Assembly (NCBI RefSeq): GCF_037042905.1
Contig: NC_087263.1
Span: 10,294,001 to 10,358,000, forward strand
Length of the DNA: 64,000 bases
Direction of reading: 5' to 3'
From: Lytechinus pictus
Lineage: Eukaryota
Part shown: piece after piece, positions 14,301 through 27,003 of the stretch
Layout: each line of letters opens with the position of its first letter
Position numbering within the stretch: the first letter of the stretch is position 1
Translations under genes and position numbers: made by a program
The notes under the pieces: model-generated
Told to the model about the DNA's origin: nothing
The model's input: the letters and a program-made list of their open reading frames with translations, nothing else
Database searches by the model: none

Positions 14301-15195
14301 AAATAAGGATTCGATGATTTCATTCATATATTCAAATTCATGTCTAATTGCATAATCAAATGAAGACGGAATATATAATGCTAGTCCACCTCCAATTTTA
14401 TTTTTCCTATTGTTTATAACAATATCATAATTCGGGAGGGTGCATAAGGAATTCGGGGTTTCCGTGAACCAAGTTTCAGTAAGAGCAATAATTGGGGGAT
14501 TGGCAAACTGTGTATTTTCTAATAATAATCGTAATTTCTCGAAGTTTTGGTTAGCGCTTCTTATATTCAAATGCAAAATAAAAACATCATCTTCTCCAAT
14601 CAATTTAGCATAGTCTATGAATGAATTTTCTGTATAATATGGAGAAGAGGAAAGATTGTATGCTTTATCATGAATATCGAATTCAACTTGAAGTTCATCA
14701 AAATTATTTGTAAGAATATCAGTAGAAAATCTATCAAATGGAGTATGATGATTTGAGATAACATTGCTTTTATCTTGATGATTTAGTAATAAGAAATCAT
14801 CATTATTCAGATGATAAAAGGGGAAATCACGCATATTATCCACCATTATGAAATATAATATATTGCCATTTTAAAACAAAATCTTTGCAAGCTGAGCATA
14901 TAAAGCATTTTTTAGATTTGATACCATCATGACCAAAAATTCGAGTTCGAAAAATACTACAGTTGTAATGGTTAACAAAATAAAGATTATCTAATACAAT
15001 TATTAACGGGCGATGAAGAATATTTGCACACAAAAATAAGTAAAATGACCTCCATAAAATGTCTGGTATTGAAACATTATTGAAAGGGCAGTGAAGGAAT
15101 GCAAAATATACCACGGAAAATAACACAGATATTGAACAATGCGAAAAATTTTGGGACGAGAATTTCATAATAAATGAAAAGAATACTGAAAAGAA
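11371..15195 (-). mobile_element. 5'-truncated non-LTR retrotransposon (CR1/L2/Crack group), ORF2 with AP endonuclease and reverse transcriptase
   Basis: APE motifs (HLNIRS, ALTETW, GVIYRPP, GDFNIN, TLIDNIF, SDH) in 14846-13173 and RT motifs (YRPISLL, QFGFR, LDFSKAFD, PQGSILGP, FADD) in 13176-11737. (TAAA)n tail at 11371-11397. Absent at the paralogous site near 4920. Confidence 0.93.
11737..14846 (-). pseudogene. LINE ORF2 (EN+RT), about 1030 codons, split by one frameshift near 13200
   Basis: Minus strand reads GGT TAT AT GAT GGC ATT ACA; removing the extra AT gives KTPGYDGITNRVVKNII and fuses the two ORFs. Confidence 0.88.
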
Positions 15196-15533
15196 TATAT
15201 GTTCTGATAGGACAGTAAATTGGATATTTTGTGTTTAATTGTTGAGATTTAAATATGTACGACTCATTTTAATTGAATGTATTTAATATTGCTTATAATC
15301 ATGATTGATTTTAAGAACTTGTTGGTTTTGCTGAATTTTATTATAATTTTGCAATTCTGTAAGATATAAGATAGTCTGCACAGTGTGATTATGTCATATT
15401 GTGTTTTTTTTTTTTTTTTTGGGGGGGGGTGAACTGTGTGTGGTCTCTCATTGACTGTGTGTTATAAATAAATAGTTTTAAAATATACATTTTCAGATAG
15501 CTTACTAACAGAGAATAAATTGATCTATAATTG

Positions 15534-15839
15534 CACTGTTAAAAAATTTATCCTTAAAATAAAAGAAGTTTCTGCAGCAGAGTCTCGAGAACATCTGTAA
15601 TCTTACCAGATTGCGTAATCTAATTACATATAATGTAAAATTACAGGAAATGGGTATTTGGTGTATGGAACCTTACAAATTTCCTTAAATAAAACACCAT
15701 TTCCCCCTTTTTTAACAGACCTGTTCTGTTAAATTGCAGAAAAATTCCTGTTTTATGAATTTACAGAATGATTTTGTTATTGCTTTCTGCAAAATCTTTT
15801 TTTTCCCCTGTAAATTAAATCAGGGTTTTCTTAACAGTG
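15534..15839. mobile_element. EnSpm/CMC-like MITE
   Basis: Termini CACTGTTAA...TTAACAGTG, 2-bp TG flanks, internal TTACAG-type repeats. Confidence 0.7.
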
Positions 15840-17939
15840 TGTATTTGTATAGAGAAACTAAAATGTTTTGAGAGGAAAAGTAACTGTTTTGCTACTTGGT
15901 AATATAATTATTGCGGTATAAATGTATTGAGTACTTAATTAGCATGTTATCATTCAATTGAGTCTACATTACTAGACTATAGTATTGTGGGTCAGGAAAC
16001 TGACCAGGTATAAGTAGTTGAGGACTCGAGATGGCGCCATGGTTCGTATGATCTGCTTTACGTCTGCACATTATTGGAAACAATTTTCTCGGATGTTTTT
16101 TTAAATATATTTTACATCTTCTGTTTGATGCGTTGCATGTGAGATTGAGAGAAAGGGGAGGCAGAAGGTAAATTGGAAAGTTTCAGAAAGTATTTTCTAT
16201 TTTATATGAATTTTAATTGATTTACTCTATTCAACCATTATTTCAAAAAATTTCAACAAAATTGTGGGAAAGCCACATTTTCTAACAAAAGGGGATGGCA
16301 TGTGATGATAAGAACTATCTCACATATTCAGTCGTTTAGTGAAACACGAATCCTATTCATGCTTATACAAACAGCGCTTACATGAGAATGTCCCGGGATG
16401 TTTTTGGTCAAAAATTTCACACAAAAAATCAGCTTACGCTTCGCACTTGCATTATTTATGTATGCGTGATAAGATGTCTTATCTTATACTTTAGTCTATA
16501 TAAATGGGTTCTTGTACCGTTTGTCTTTATCCAGTAGATGCTGAATCAGCAATGTTCACAGCTGTGGAAAGAGCAGAACAGTAGAAGTATAGGTTTTAGA
16601 ATCCTCTATCTCCCCCCAAGCCTTTGGTACGACGAAAAGTGATGCAAATTAAACGAGTCAGTGGCAAAGATGAAATTCCTGTCCAAAAAGCAATGTCTAT
16701 TTTGAAAGGCTCCTCCAAACAGTTAACTCCAAAAAGTAGAAGAAAAGCAAAATGTAACGTCCAAATAACTGCAAACACAAACACCAGCAGGAACAAAAAC
16801 GCGTAAAACAGAAAAATTTGGCGGTTTCTCGCCGATTTGGCTTATTTTCACTGATGACGTAGCTGAAAAAAATCCCCTTCACCTCGATGTCAAATTTTGA
16901 AGATCGGACGCATGGAAGTTGGAATTTGGCTCATGTGAAAGTCCAATGTTGTCTTTACCATCGTGACCGACCCTGAAGCTGTGAACATAAATGGGTTCTT
17001 GTACCGTTTGTCTTTATCCAGTAGATGCTGAATCAGCAATGTTCACAGCTGTGGAAAGAGCTGAACATAAGTAGGTTTTAGAATCCTCTATACACCCTCC
17101 CCCTCCCACAACCACAGCTTTCCACCACAAGTTCTTCTTTCCCTTTTCTAAATATATTTTTTCAAGCATTTCAGTAGTTCTTGATAATAGCGCAAAAGTA
17201 TGTACGTAGTTTTTTGCGCTAAATAAATCTGTATATTATCATTATTATTATTCCTCTACACAGGATCAAGTCCAGTTTTTTTTTTGAATAACTTTGCTCT
17301 ATAACAAAAAGAACCAATTGTTATACTAATTGTGATGATAATAATGTTAATGATAATGCTAATAATAATAATAATAATAATTATGATAATAATAATGATA
17401 GTAATAATAATAATAATTGTAACAAATAGTAATGAATCCCCTATTATAGTAAATGATTAATAAATTGTTATATCTTTTGTATGCATGAGCCTGTTTATGG
17501 ACAGAATGTTACATTTCTAAATTTTTGTAAACACTTTTGTTCTTTACCCGGGTTTAATTTTGAATGTCAAATGGGTGTCTTGGATATTGTACTGTCACCA
17601 GAGAAGGAGCAATGATCGATAAAGTGGCAAACCAGTTAAAAAAATAGAAGATATTTATGGGACAGCTTGCATGTCTTGTGAAGTCCTAAAATACAATAAT
17701 CCTTCAACTGTTTATGTACGCATGTTAAATAGACGAATAATAGGTGAATCTGTAAGTTTGGTATGTTGCCATAGTTTTAATTTCATTCAAGTCCGGGTAT
17801 ATTTACAGGCTCAACTTTTTGACAATAGGCCTATTAGTATATCTAGGCTTGTAATAAAGACAAATATAATCGCTTTTAGAAATTCTGTTTGTCTCAATTG
17901 TGCTACTGTATTTACTGAGTACCCTGTTCGTTCCAGGTA

Positions 17940-18045
17940 TGGTAGCGTAGCTTAGCGATATATATCTAGCTCGAAAAATGAGCGTAAACTTCAGATTCAA
18001 GGCGGGCTAGTTGAAATTTGAAATTGAAAAATATATTGGTAAGTA
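17940..18045 (+). promoter_or_regulatory. Possible SPC24 start region (CDE/CHR-like) with first donor
   Basis: GGCGGG at 18001, TTTGAAA at 18017-18023 and a GTAAGT donor at 18039, at the start of a CpG-rich region. The SPC24 ATG exon has an upstream acceptor near 21794. An alternative donor exists at 21177. Confidence 0.3.
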
Positions 18046-18302
18046 AAACAAATTAATCTGTTCGTTTGTGCTTTTTAACCACATTCTTTGTAGCTGAAAC
18101 GATGAAGTTAAGAAATCAACTCTCACTCGATTTTCAGTGTAAATTTTAACACAATTTTGATTTTAGGGAGGGATTTTTCCGGCCTAACGTCAACGTCTGA
18201 CGTTTTAAACTGTCATCCACAGTCCCACCTATTCATACCCGTGCGGTGCGCGGTGTTGAATGGCTGCCAGTGGTCAGTGCCAGTGGCAAGCTTGGCCGCC
18301 GC

Positions 18303-18830
18303 TAACCCAGAGAGCTCCCGCCCGCACAGCGGGCGGGAGCCCAGAAGCTTACCGTGTATTTTACCATTGTCACCGGACTAGGGTGATTTATGGTCTAAAT
18401 ATTTCTCCAAATGAATTGTGAAAACAGAAAGTATACAATTACCATGATTATATGGATGAAGGTCTAACGAGTGGCAGATTCCTGACATCTGGGCACAGTC
18501 TGGAACCTCAAAAAAACGAAAAGTTCTCTCCTTCTACCCCGTCTCGATCGGCCATTTTTGTTAAAAATCGTAACAAAATGGCCGATCGAGACTGGGTAGA
18601 AGGAGAGAACTTTTCGTTTTTTTGAGGTTCCAGACTGTGCCCAGATGTCAGGAATCTGCCACTCGTTAGACCTTCATCCATATAATCGTGGTAATTGTAT
18701 ACTTTCCGTTTTCACAATTCATTTGGAGAAATATTTAGACCATAAATCACCCTAGTCCGGTGACAATGGTAAAATACACGGTAAGCTTCTGGGCTCCCGC
18801 CCGCTACGCGGGCGGGAGCTCTCTGGGTTA
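18303..18830. mobile_element. Fully palindromic fold-back element with 9-bp TSD (Mutator-like)
   Basis: About 260-bp arms that are near-perfect inverses around a short loop near 18565; GGCCGCCGC at 18294-18302 and 18831-18839. Confidence 0.92.
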
Positions 18831-18902
18831 GGCCGCCGCAAGCATAACCATTATTATTAAGTCATTAACCTTGTTCATTGAATGAGTGGGCAAGGGCCAG
18901 GC

Positions 18903-20547
18903 CAACGAACGTAGAGGGCAGCAACACACAAGCGTGTTGCTATTAGGAAGGTCCACTCGATACGCGCATACAAATGAAGTGCGCGAGCAATTTGGTAGTC
19001 ATGCCAACGAAACCATGATGATCCGATAGGCGATACAATACACTCACGGAGTGACAGCAAAATATAGGTAAACTAATAGATTATGACAATAGTAGATTAA
19101 AACAATGAAAACAAAAAATATATAAACAATTAAATAATAATGTACCAAATTCTTAAAATAATATATCACTAAATTATTGTCACAATTTTTTTGTAGGCCT
19201 AGCCTACATCTTCAGTAAAAGTAAAACAGGATTAAATTCTCTCATAAATAAACCAGTCTGCTAATTTCACCCGGATTTAGCCAAGTCATTTTGTGACCAC
19301 CGAAAACCCCTCAGAGCACTTTTTTAGTAGATTGTAGAGTTGATTTATTTTCATTTCCTCTTTATCATTATTTTTGCTTTAGGCCCTAAATGTTTTTACA
19401 TTAAATATCATGCTTAAAATTAATATGAAATACTTGTTCTTGTATTTTTCATAAAATATTACATGGTGGTGACAACAGTTTTATGACTTTGCATATCAAT
19501 ATGATAACAAGTATACGTGAGGTTGATACGTCTTCATCTAAATTTCGCTGCACCATAATGCGCCTACACAATCCAGCACCGCCTCTTATACAAGCGCCAT
19601 GGCTGGCATGACCGCGCCGGCGACCCAGGCCGGTCGGTGCTGAGGTAGGGTACGATGGGCTGCATGCATATGCTAACACAAATTTTTGTAAAATTATGAA
19701 ATGAAAAAAGTAGATGTGACATTGACCTTCGCCCCTTGATAGTTCGTCTCAAGTCAAGACCCGTCGGAATATACATAGCTCAATAATGAACCAGATAATT
19801 GCTGTCTAATATTATGTCTAACGTTAGACTGGGTCTGGGACTTGGCTTTGCTGTTTAGTGGTCGTATTCGATCTTGCCTGATGGATTGCAAAATGTGGGT
19901 TGGATTTGTGGATATAGCATAATTATTTTAGATTTTCAGACTACAATCTACACTCTAAATGAAAATTAAAATTCTAACCTTGAATATTTATCGTTGCTCA
20001 TCCGCCATAGTGCCACATCAATGACAGACCAAGTCTATATCTTTCAAGTCCATATCTAGCTAAGTAGAGTCGCGTCGAGATTATCATGCCAGTGCAGTGC
20101 AGTCAGCATTATCATTCACGCAGCGCAGTATGCGCACCGAGGTACAGGTGACCGGGGAAGTTTCGGCGCGGCCAGACCAGAACATCACGGTCTTGGCTCT
20201 GGCGTTAGCTTGTGTAGATTTGGTAGGGGCAGCGAAATTAAGCAGAAGAACGGTAACACAAATGTCATCAGTCTATGTATTTTTATTGCCATGTAAACTA
20301 CAAGAATCATGATTACCTTTTGTTTTACAATAAAAAAAAAATACAAATATGATAAAATAATAATATTCAACATATTTTCTTGGAGGTTTTATTATCAATA
20401 ATAAATAGTAAAATTGAACAAACAAAAAAAAATCAACTCTACAATCTTCCAAAAAAGTGCTCTGGGAGAAAATGGTCACAAAATCTGAGCGGAGTGGACC
20501 TTCCTAAAAGCAATACTGCAAAGTGTTGCTGCCCTCTACGTTCGTTG
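18903..20547. mobile_element. Non-autonomous DNA transposon with ~57-bp TIR and 8-bp TSD (P- or hAT-like)
   Basis: TIR CAACGAACGTAGAGGGCAGCAACAC...TTAGGAAGGTCCACTC at both ends; GGCCAGGC at 18895-18902 and 20548-20555. Confidence 0.88.
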
Positions 20548-21816
20548 GGCCAGGCCAAGCACATAACTAACCTCACATGCTTGTGTGAGTGGGCCAAGCA
20601 TACCTCAACTCAAGGCTCAAGCCGAAGCGATGTTCGTGCAGGCTCCACTTCACTACCGCTACACTACGGCCTACGGCTACGCTCCACCTACCCAAATAAG
20701 AGTTTAAGACATAACCTTGTTCATTGAGTGAGTGCACCTACCCGAACATCGAGCCCGTGAACTCGCTCTGATATCCCGAGTGACAAAGGCAAAGCTAAGG
20801 ACAGGTCAAACAGCCAAACTAGCCAACAAAACAATTAGTTACCTAGCAGTTTTTCTACCTTTGAGTTCTCAACACTAAGTGTCTACCGAGGAGACTACTA
20901 GGGCGTGAAACAGGCCCAAAACGAACAACAACAACAAGGTCAAGGTGGGATTTTATGGGGGGAAAATATAAAATTCATGGAACATCACAATCTTTAAAAA
21001 CAATTCTTAGTACTACTACTAGTAGGCCTACTTACTTTACACAATTCACAAAGTTTCACTCTTCCATGCTTCTATCAGTCTCAAAATTGGTGATTTAGAG
21101 CCAGCATGGACTCCTCACACGTATTAATAATTCGCTGCTGATTTCAAAATTGAGCATGTGCGAGGGTCCAACTAAGGTAAGCAACAGTAAGAATAGAAAA
21201 ATCTGAAGTGAATAAACCAGTCTCAACAATCTTTTGTTATTTTTGGTGGGGGTGCATATGGAACTCTTTCCGGTTGACCACGGACATGTCGGAACAGGAA
21301 TAGATCTAACCATAATTTCTGGGGATTTACCGTATTTAACGATTTCTGACATTTTTTTTACTGTCCTCTCCATTTTGGAGCCAACGTAGCCGTAGGACTT
21401 AGGTCAGTGGAACAGCCAATTAAAATCGTTTCTATTCTTGACTAGTAATTTACACACAGATACAGTACAGTGATGCCTAAAACGTTTTCCTTCATCATCA
21501 TATGGCTTGTTTTGTTAGCCCAAAATACCTTTGTGTGACAGAGGTTTATTTTTATTTAACTTTTTAGGGCCCTATTTCAAAGAGACATGAGTAAAAAAAA
21601 ATGCACAATTTCTGTAACAAATTCACCATCAGCTTCAGCCAATCATATATCTAGGATTTCAGTAGTAGCTTTTAAATGTTCTTGTTAATTTGTTAGATAT
21701 TTTCAAGTTTTATAAAACTGGCCCCAGTTGGGTAAAACTTTGCTTGGCTGTGAATTACAGCTTCTCACTTTGATTCTGCTATAATTGGATCTAGGTGTAG
21801 TTTTGACTTAGCGAAG

Positions 21817-24800
21817 ATGCCATCCATAGACGGAATAGTGGACTACCTCCTCCAGGGGCAGTTGGAGACGGCCATGGGCGACATCCACAGTATCCTGACC
21901 GGGCAAGACGAGGTTAACAGCATCAAGGAGTTCAGTATTCTGGTCCAGGAAGCGGCAAGACAGGAGGAAATCAATAGGTCACACATCAAGGATGTACTCA
22001 AAGGTGAGGGGATGGTGATAGTGGGGGATGATGCTGATCTGATGAGGAGGAGGATAATGGTGTTGGTGGTGGTTGTGGTGGTGGTGATGATTATGATGAT
22101 GATGGTGATGATGCTGATAATGATGTTGGATGATAATGATGGTGATGATGATGTTAATGATAATGGTGGTGATGATGATGATGATGCTGATGATGATGGT
22201 AATGATGGGGGATGATAATGGTGGTGGTGATGCTGATGATGATAATGATGGTGATGATGATGATGTTAATGATGATGGTGGTGATGATTATGTTTATGGT
22301 GATGATGATGGTGCTAATGGTGCTGCTGATGATGAGGATTAGTATGGTGATGATGATGATGTTAATGATGATGGTGGTGATGATGATGATGATGGAGGAT
22401 GATAATGATGGTGGTGGTGATAATGATTATGTTTATGTTGATGATGATGATGTTGATGATCATGATGTTAATGATGATGATGATGGTGATGATGATGATT
22501 ATGTTTATGGTGATGCTGATGGTGGTGATGATGATGATGTTAATGATGATGATGGTGGTGGTGATGATGATTATGTTTATGGTGATGCTGATGATGCTGA
22601 TGGTGGTGATGATGACGATGATGATGATGATTATATTTATGGTGATGGTGATGGTGATGATGATGATGACGATCAGGACAGTGATGATGGTGATAGTTGT
22701 GATGCTTGTAAGAGAAATGTTTGTGATTGGTAATTGCAAAGCCTAAATTTATTTATTCTTTGAAGTTCTACTTTGCACCCCTTCACAATTTAAACCCTTT
22801 GAAGTGCTGGGGGTGTTTCATAAAGCTGTTCGTAAGCTAAGAATTACTATAAGAACGACTGGTGAATCTTTCTTATGCACAAAACGATCACCAATGAACA
22901 ATGGTGAATACCATTTACCACAAGAAAAGATCACCAGTCGTTCTTAACTTACGAACAGCTTAATGAAACGGCCCCAGGTCATGCTGATAAAAACAATGGT
23001 GATAGCTGTGATGCTTGTGAGAACAATGGATGATGATGGTTGTGCTTGTTAATTGCAAAGTCTAATTTGATTTGTTCTTTAAGTTATACTATACATAATG
23101 CAGACCTTATGATGACAGAGTTGACACTGACAGCAATATAGTCGATTCTAGATAAAGGCGTCAACATTTGCTGTTAATATAGAAGGCCTTTAGATTTACC
23201 GTATGCAATACTGCAAGCTTGACTAATTTATAAATATTACACTCTTTCCTGATTCTGTTCAGCTTACATGACGATGAAGGAGAGCATGGAGTCTGCGATA
23301 GCTAATGATAGATCCACCGACGCTCTAGGAGAAGAGATCAACCAGCTGAAGACACAGCATCAGAAAGCTCTACAGACGTCTGAAGATGCCAAGCAACAAT
23401 GCCAATATCCTTTTACTCGGCAATGTTCAATTGAACACGCAATTCGCAATAGATATGATGTATACTTATTCATTCCTTGTGTCCTGATGATTCAGTGTGC
23501 TCCTCTTTGTTTGCATGCAAATGATGTTGTTTTTTCAAATTTCCTGTAGGAAAATTATGTCAGTGATGGATTTCCTTATAGTTGAGCGTGATTGGATCAC
23601 AACTCTTTGAAAGACGGGACCCTGGTCTACAATAAGATGGGCTAATTCTTAAATTGTCTAACACCATCACGGCTATGAATGTCACTTGGTCTAATACTAA
23701 CTTGCCCTAACTGCCGTTCAGTCCGATGTCAAGAAAGTCTCATTTCCACTGTGTCTACCTATTATTGTGTACTTCATCAAATGGAATTTTGGTTTAAAAA
23801 AAGATCATCTGATCATATCTAGACTGAGTGGCGATAGACCAGCAGGGCCCTGTTGCATAAGTTATATCTCAGATCTCTTGAAATTGAAATCCCGATCTCA
23901 TGACCATCACCTACGTAGCTCACAAGATAAACTCACACTGCAAGTACCCCCACACAAGACTAAAGCAACACTAGGTCATTTCTGATGTCAGCCCCACGAC
24001 TATGGAACAAACTTCCCCTCAACATTAGGAATTCAACAAATTTACATAATTTCAAGTTAAAATTAAATCCTATTTATTCCAATAGTATGTACAGCACCTA
24101 GGAAGCTCTTGCAGCGCAATAGAATATATAGAAATAGTTTTTGTGCTATATAAATGCATATTATTATTATTATTATTAGAAATAGTATAGTAACTTTACC
24201 ATCCAATGGTAACTACCATGGTAACAATGCTAAGCAGCCAATCAGAATTAAGGATTTCAGGAAAGTCACCATTATATGGCAAAGTTAATATGATAGTAAT
24301 TTTTATGCAACAGGACCCAGGCTGATATTAGAGACAATGGCCCATATTCTGAAGCCGGGTTTAATTTAAACTCGGGTTTTAAAGTTGTGGTTTAAGTATA
24401 GATAGCCAAAAATTGTGACATAAAATAAATCACTTACAGTAGAGATATAATATTTCAGCTCATTGACTCTCAAATCATTCTCAATTGTCGAGGAAATATT
24501 AATAGATAATTGTCTTCAGCATTAAAGAATCAGGAAAGAGCACAGTAAACATAAAAAACTGTAAATAAAATGTTGACACTTGGCTTCCCATAATTTTAGC
24601 ATGAAATTAGACCATGGTCTAAGTGAAACCTGACTCTAGAATACGGGCCAAAGGGTATAGCCTATAACTGGATCGTAAATGTTTTATTATCCTGATTTTT
24701 ATTAATTCATACAGTTTGTCTCTGAATTGTGTACTTTAATTCGTTGATAATTACTTAAATTCAATTACATTTACTTTATTTCTTAGTAAAACATATTGTT

Positions 24801-26496
24801 AATTTTCTTGTATTGCATTGTATCACTTTAAGCACAAATTTTCAGATATTACTTTGATTTTTATCTCATTTTAAATAGATTATTGATTTACATGTATTTA
24901 TGTTTTTAATGTCAGGACCATGATGTAAAACAGTTTTTTAACTGATCTTGTCATCCTGATTAAATATATTTCAATAAATAAATAAATAAATGGGCTAAAT
25001 GGCAATTAGACCAAACAGTTAGTATGTAGACTAACAAGGATTGAACCATGTGGATTGAGAACAAAGGGGATGTAGATAAAGTGGATAAAGAAGAAATGGC
25101 AATTGGCACTTTGTTTTGATGCTTAGCAATTGAGCTTGGAAATTCCCTGTTGGATTGCTCCCAAGGGAGCGGAGGAAATGCTTACATTGTTATGTTGGCA
25201 AGCTAGGATCCGATGATCGGGATGATAACTTCTAGAGAAATCGTTATGATGTTTTAAGCACTACAGTATGTGAAATTTGAATTTTACTGTTATTATTATT
25301 ATTGATCCTTGATTGCAAAGTTCTTATCTCACAGCATTGAAAGAAGAATCTGATCAGATGCATGCCAAGCAGGAACAGTTGAGTCAGAAGAGAGAAGTGG
25401 TTAAAGAAGATACAACGCAAGTTCTACCTAAAACAAGGTAAATGTACAGAATGCCAGAATGAAGCAAAACCAAGCATGCTCAGAACCAGTGGCAGACCGT
25501 GACCCGGAGGAGACAATTGATTGGAGGGGCACTGTATTGTTTGTGAACAATGCTGTGCCCCTCCAAAGCTTTGTCTCCTCCGGGTCACGGTTCGCAACTG
25601 CGCAGAACAATATTGTTCATCTGGGTCTCAGGTACTCGGGTGTTTCACTCAACTGCGCACTGCTCGAGGAAGCATACATGTATATTCATCTTACTGACCC
25701 CATTCTGTGCTGCCAGAAGGAGATTGTCCGTCGTTTTTCGGTTCTAATATATATTTTTTCGATCTAGCGTTCTGTTCATTCATATGATTTTACTCCGATG
25801 ATTGCGTGTCCAAAAGCTTCAGTATGTCCGTTTTTAAGGCTATTTTACAGATTTTACAGTGGGGGCGCAGTGGTTTAGTGGTTACGACTCCCGTCGTTCA
25901 ATCAGAGGGACGTGGGTTTGAATTCCATCCATGGCATGTTTTCCTTCAGCAAGAAATTTACCCACATTTTGCTGCACTCAACTCAGATGAGGTGAATGGG
26001 TAACTGGCAGGATTAATTCCTTGAATGCACTGAGCGCCTTTAACAGCTGGAGCCACAGCCAGGGTAATATAGTGCTATTTAATAGGCAACTAGATAATCG
26101 GCACCTTATAAATGCTATATATCGTTATTATTATTATATGTTTAGATACAGCAAGCATAGTAGGTATTGTATAGCTCTGCATTCTCTGTATAATATAAAG
26201 TTTACTTAGTTTCTCTTTCTTTGATTGTTTCAGATATAATGTGAGCTTATATAGCTGCATCACCGGCATCAAGTGGGATTACGACTGCAAACCAGATGAA
26301 ATCAAAGGATGTATCCTATATCAATGATAATGGTGATGATGATGATGATGACTATGATGGTGGTGGTGATGATGGTGATGATGATGATGGTGATGATGGT
26401 AATGATGATGATGATTGAGGATGATGATGATGAGGAGGAGGAGGATGATGATGATGATGAGGAGGAGGATGATGATGATGATGGAGGATGATGATG

Positions 26497-26527
<31 letters not shown>

Positions 26528-26873
26528 CGATGATGATGATTGAGGATGATGATGATGAGGAGGAGGAGGATGATGATGATGATGAGGAGGAGGATGATGA
26601 TGATGATGGAGGATGATGATGATGATGATGATGATAATGATGATGACTATGATGATGATGACTATGATGATGATGGTGATGATGGTGATGATGGTAATGA
26701 TGATGGTGATGTTGATGAATATAATGATGATGATGACTATGATGATGATGATGATAATGATGATGACTATGATGATGACTATGATGATGGTGATGATGAT
26801 GATGATGGTAATGATGATGATGATGACTATGATGATGATGACTATGATGATGATGATGATGATGATGATGACT

Positions 26874-26911
<38 letters not shown>

Positions 26912-26912
26912 A

Positions 26913-26952
<40 letters not shown>

Positions 26953-26954
26953 CT

Positions 26955-27003
<49 letters not shown>

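Larger units (their letters stand above)
2119..17230 (+). repeat. Old tandem segmental duplication: copy A about 2119-6640, copy B about 6641-17230
   Basis: Collinear blocks: 2119 vs 6641 (ATATCTGACC), 2480-3330 vs 7600-9820, 4930-5270 vs 15200-16190, 5680-5920 vs 16210-16460, 6545-6640 vs 17132-17230. Confidence 0.88.

Noticed and set aside
21095..21373. 92-aa minus-strand ORF upstream of SPC24 as a divergent gene
   Set aside because: No recognisable domain and no further exons found; cannot be supported.
22130..22746. Poly-Met, poly-Asp and poly-Ile ORFs
   Set aside because: Translations of the intronic GAT microsatellite.
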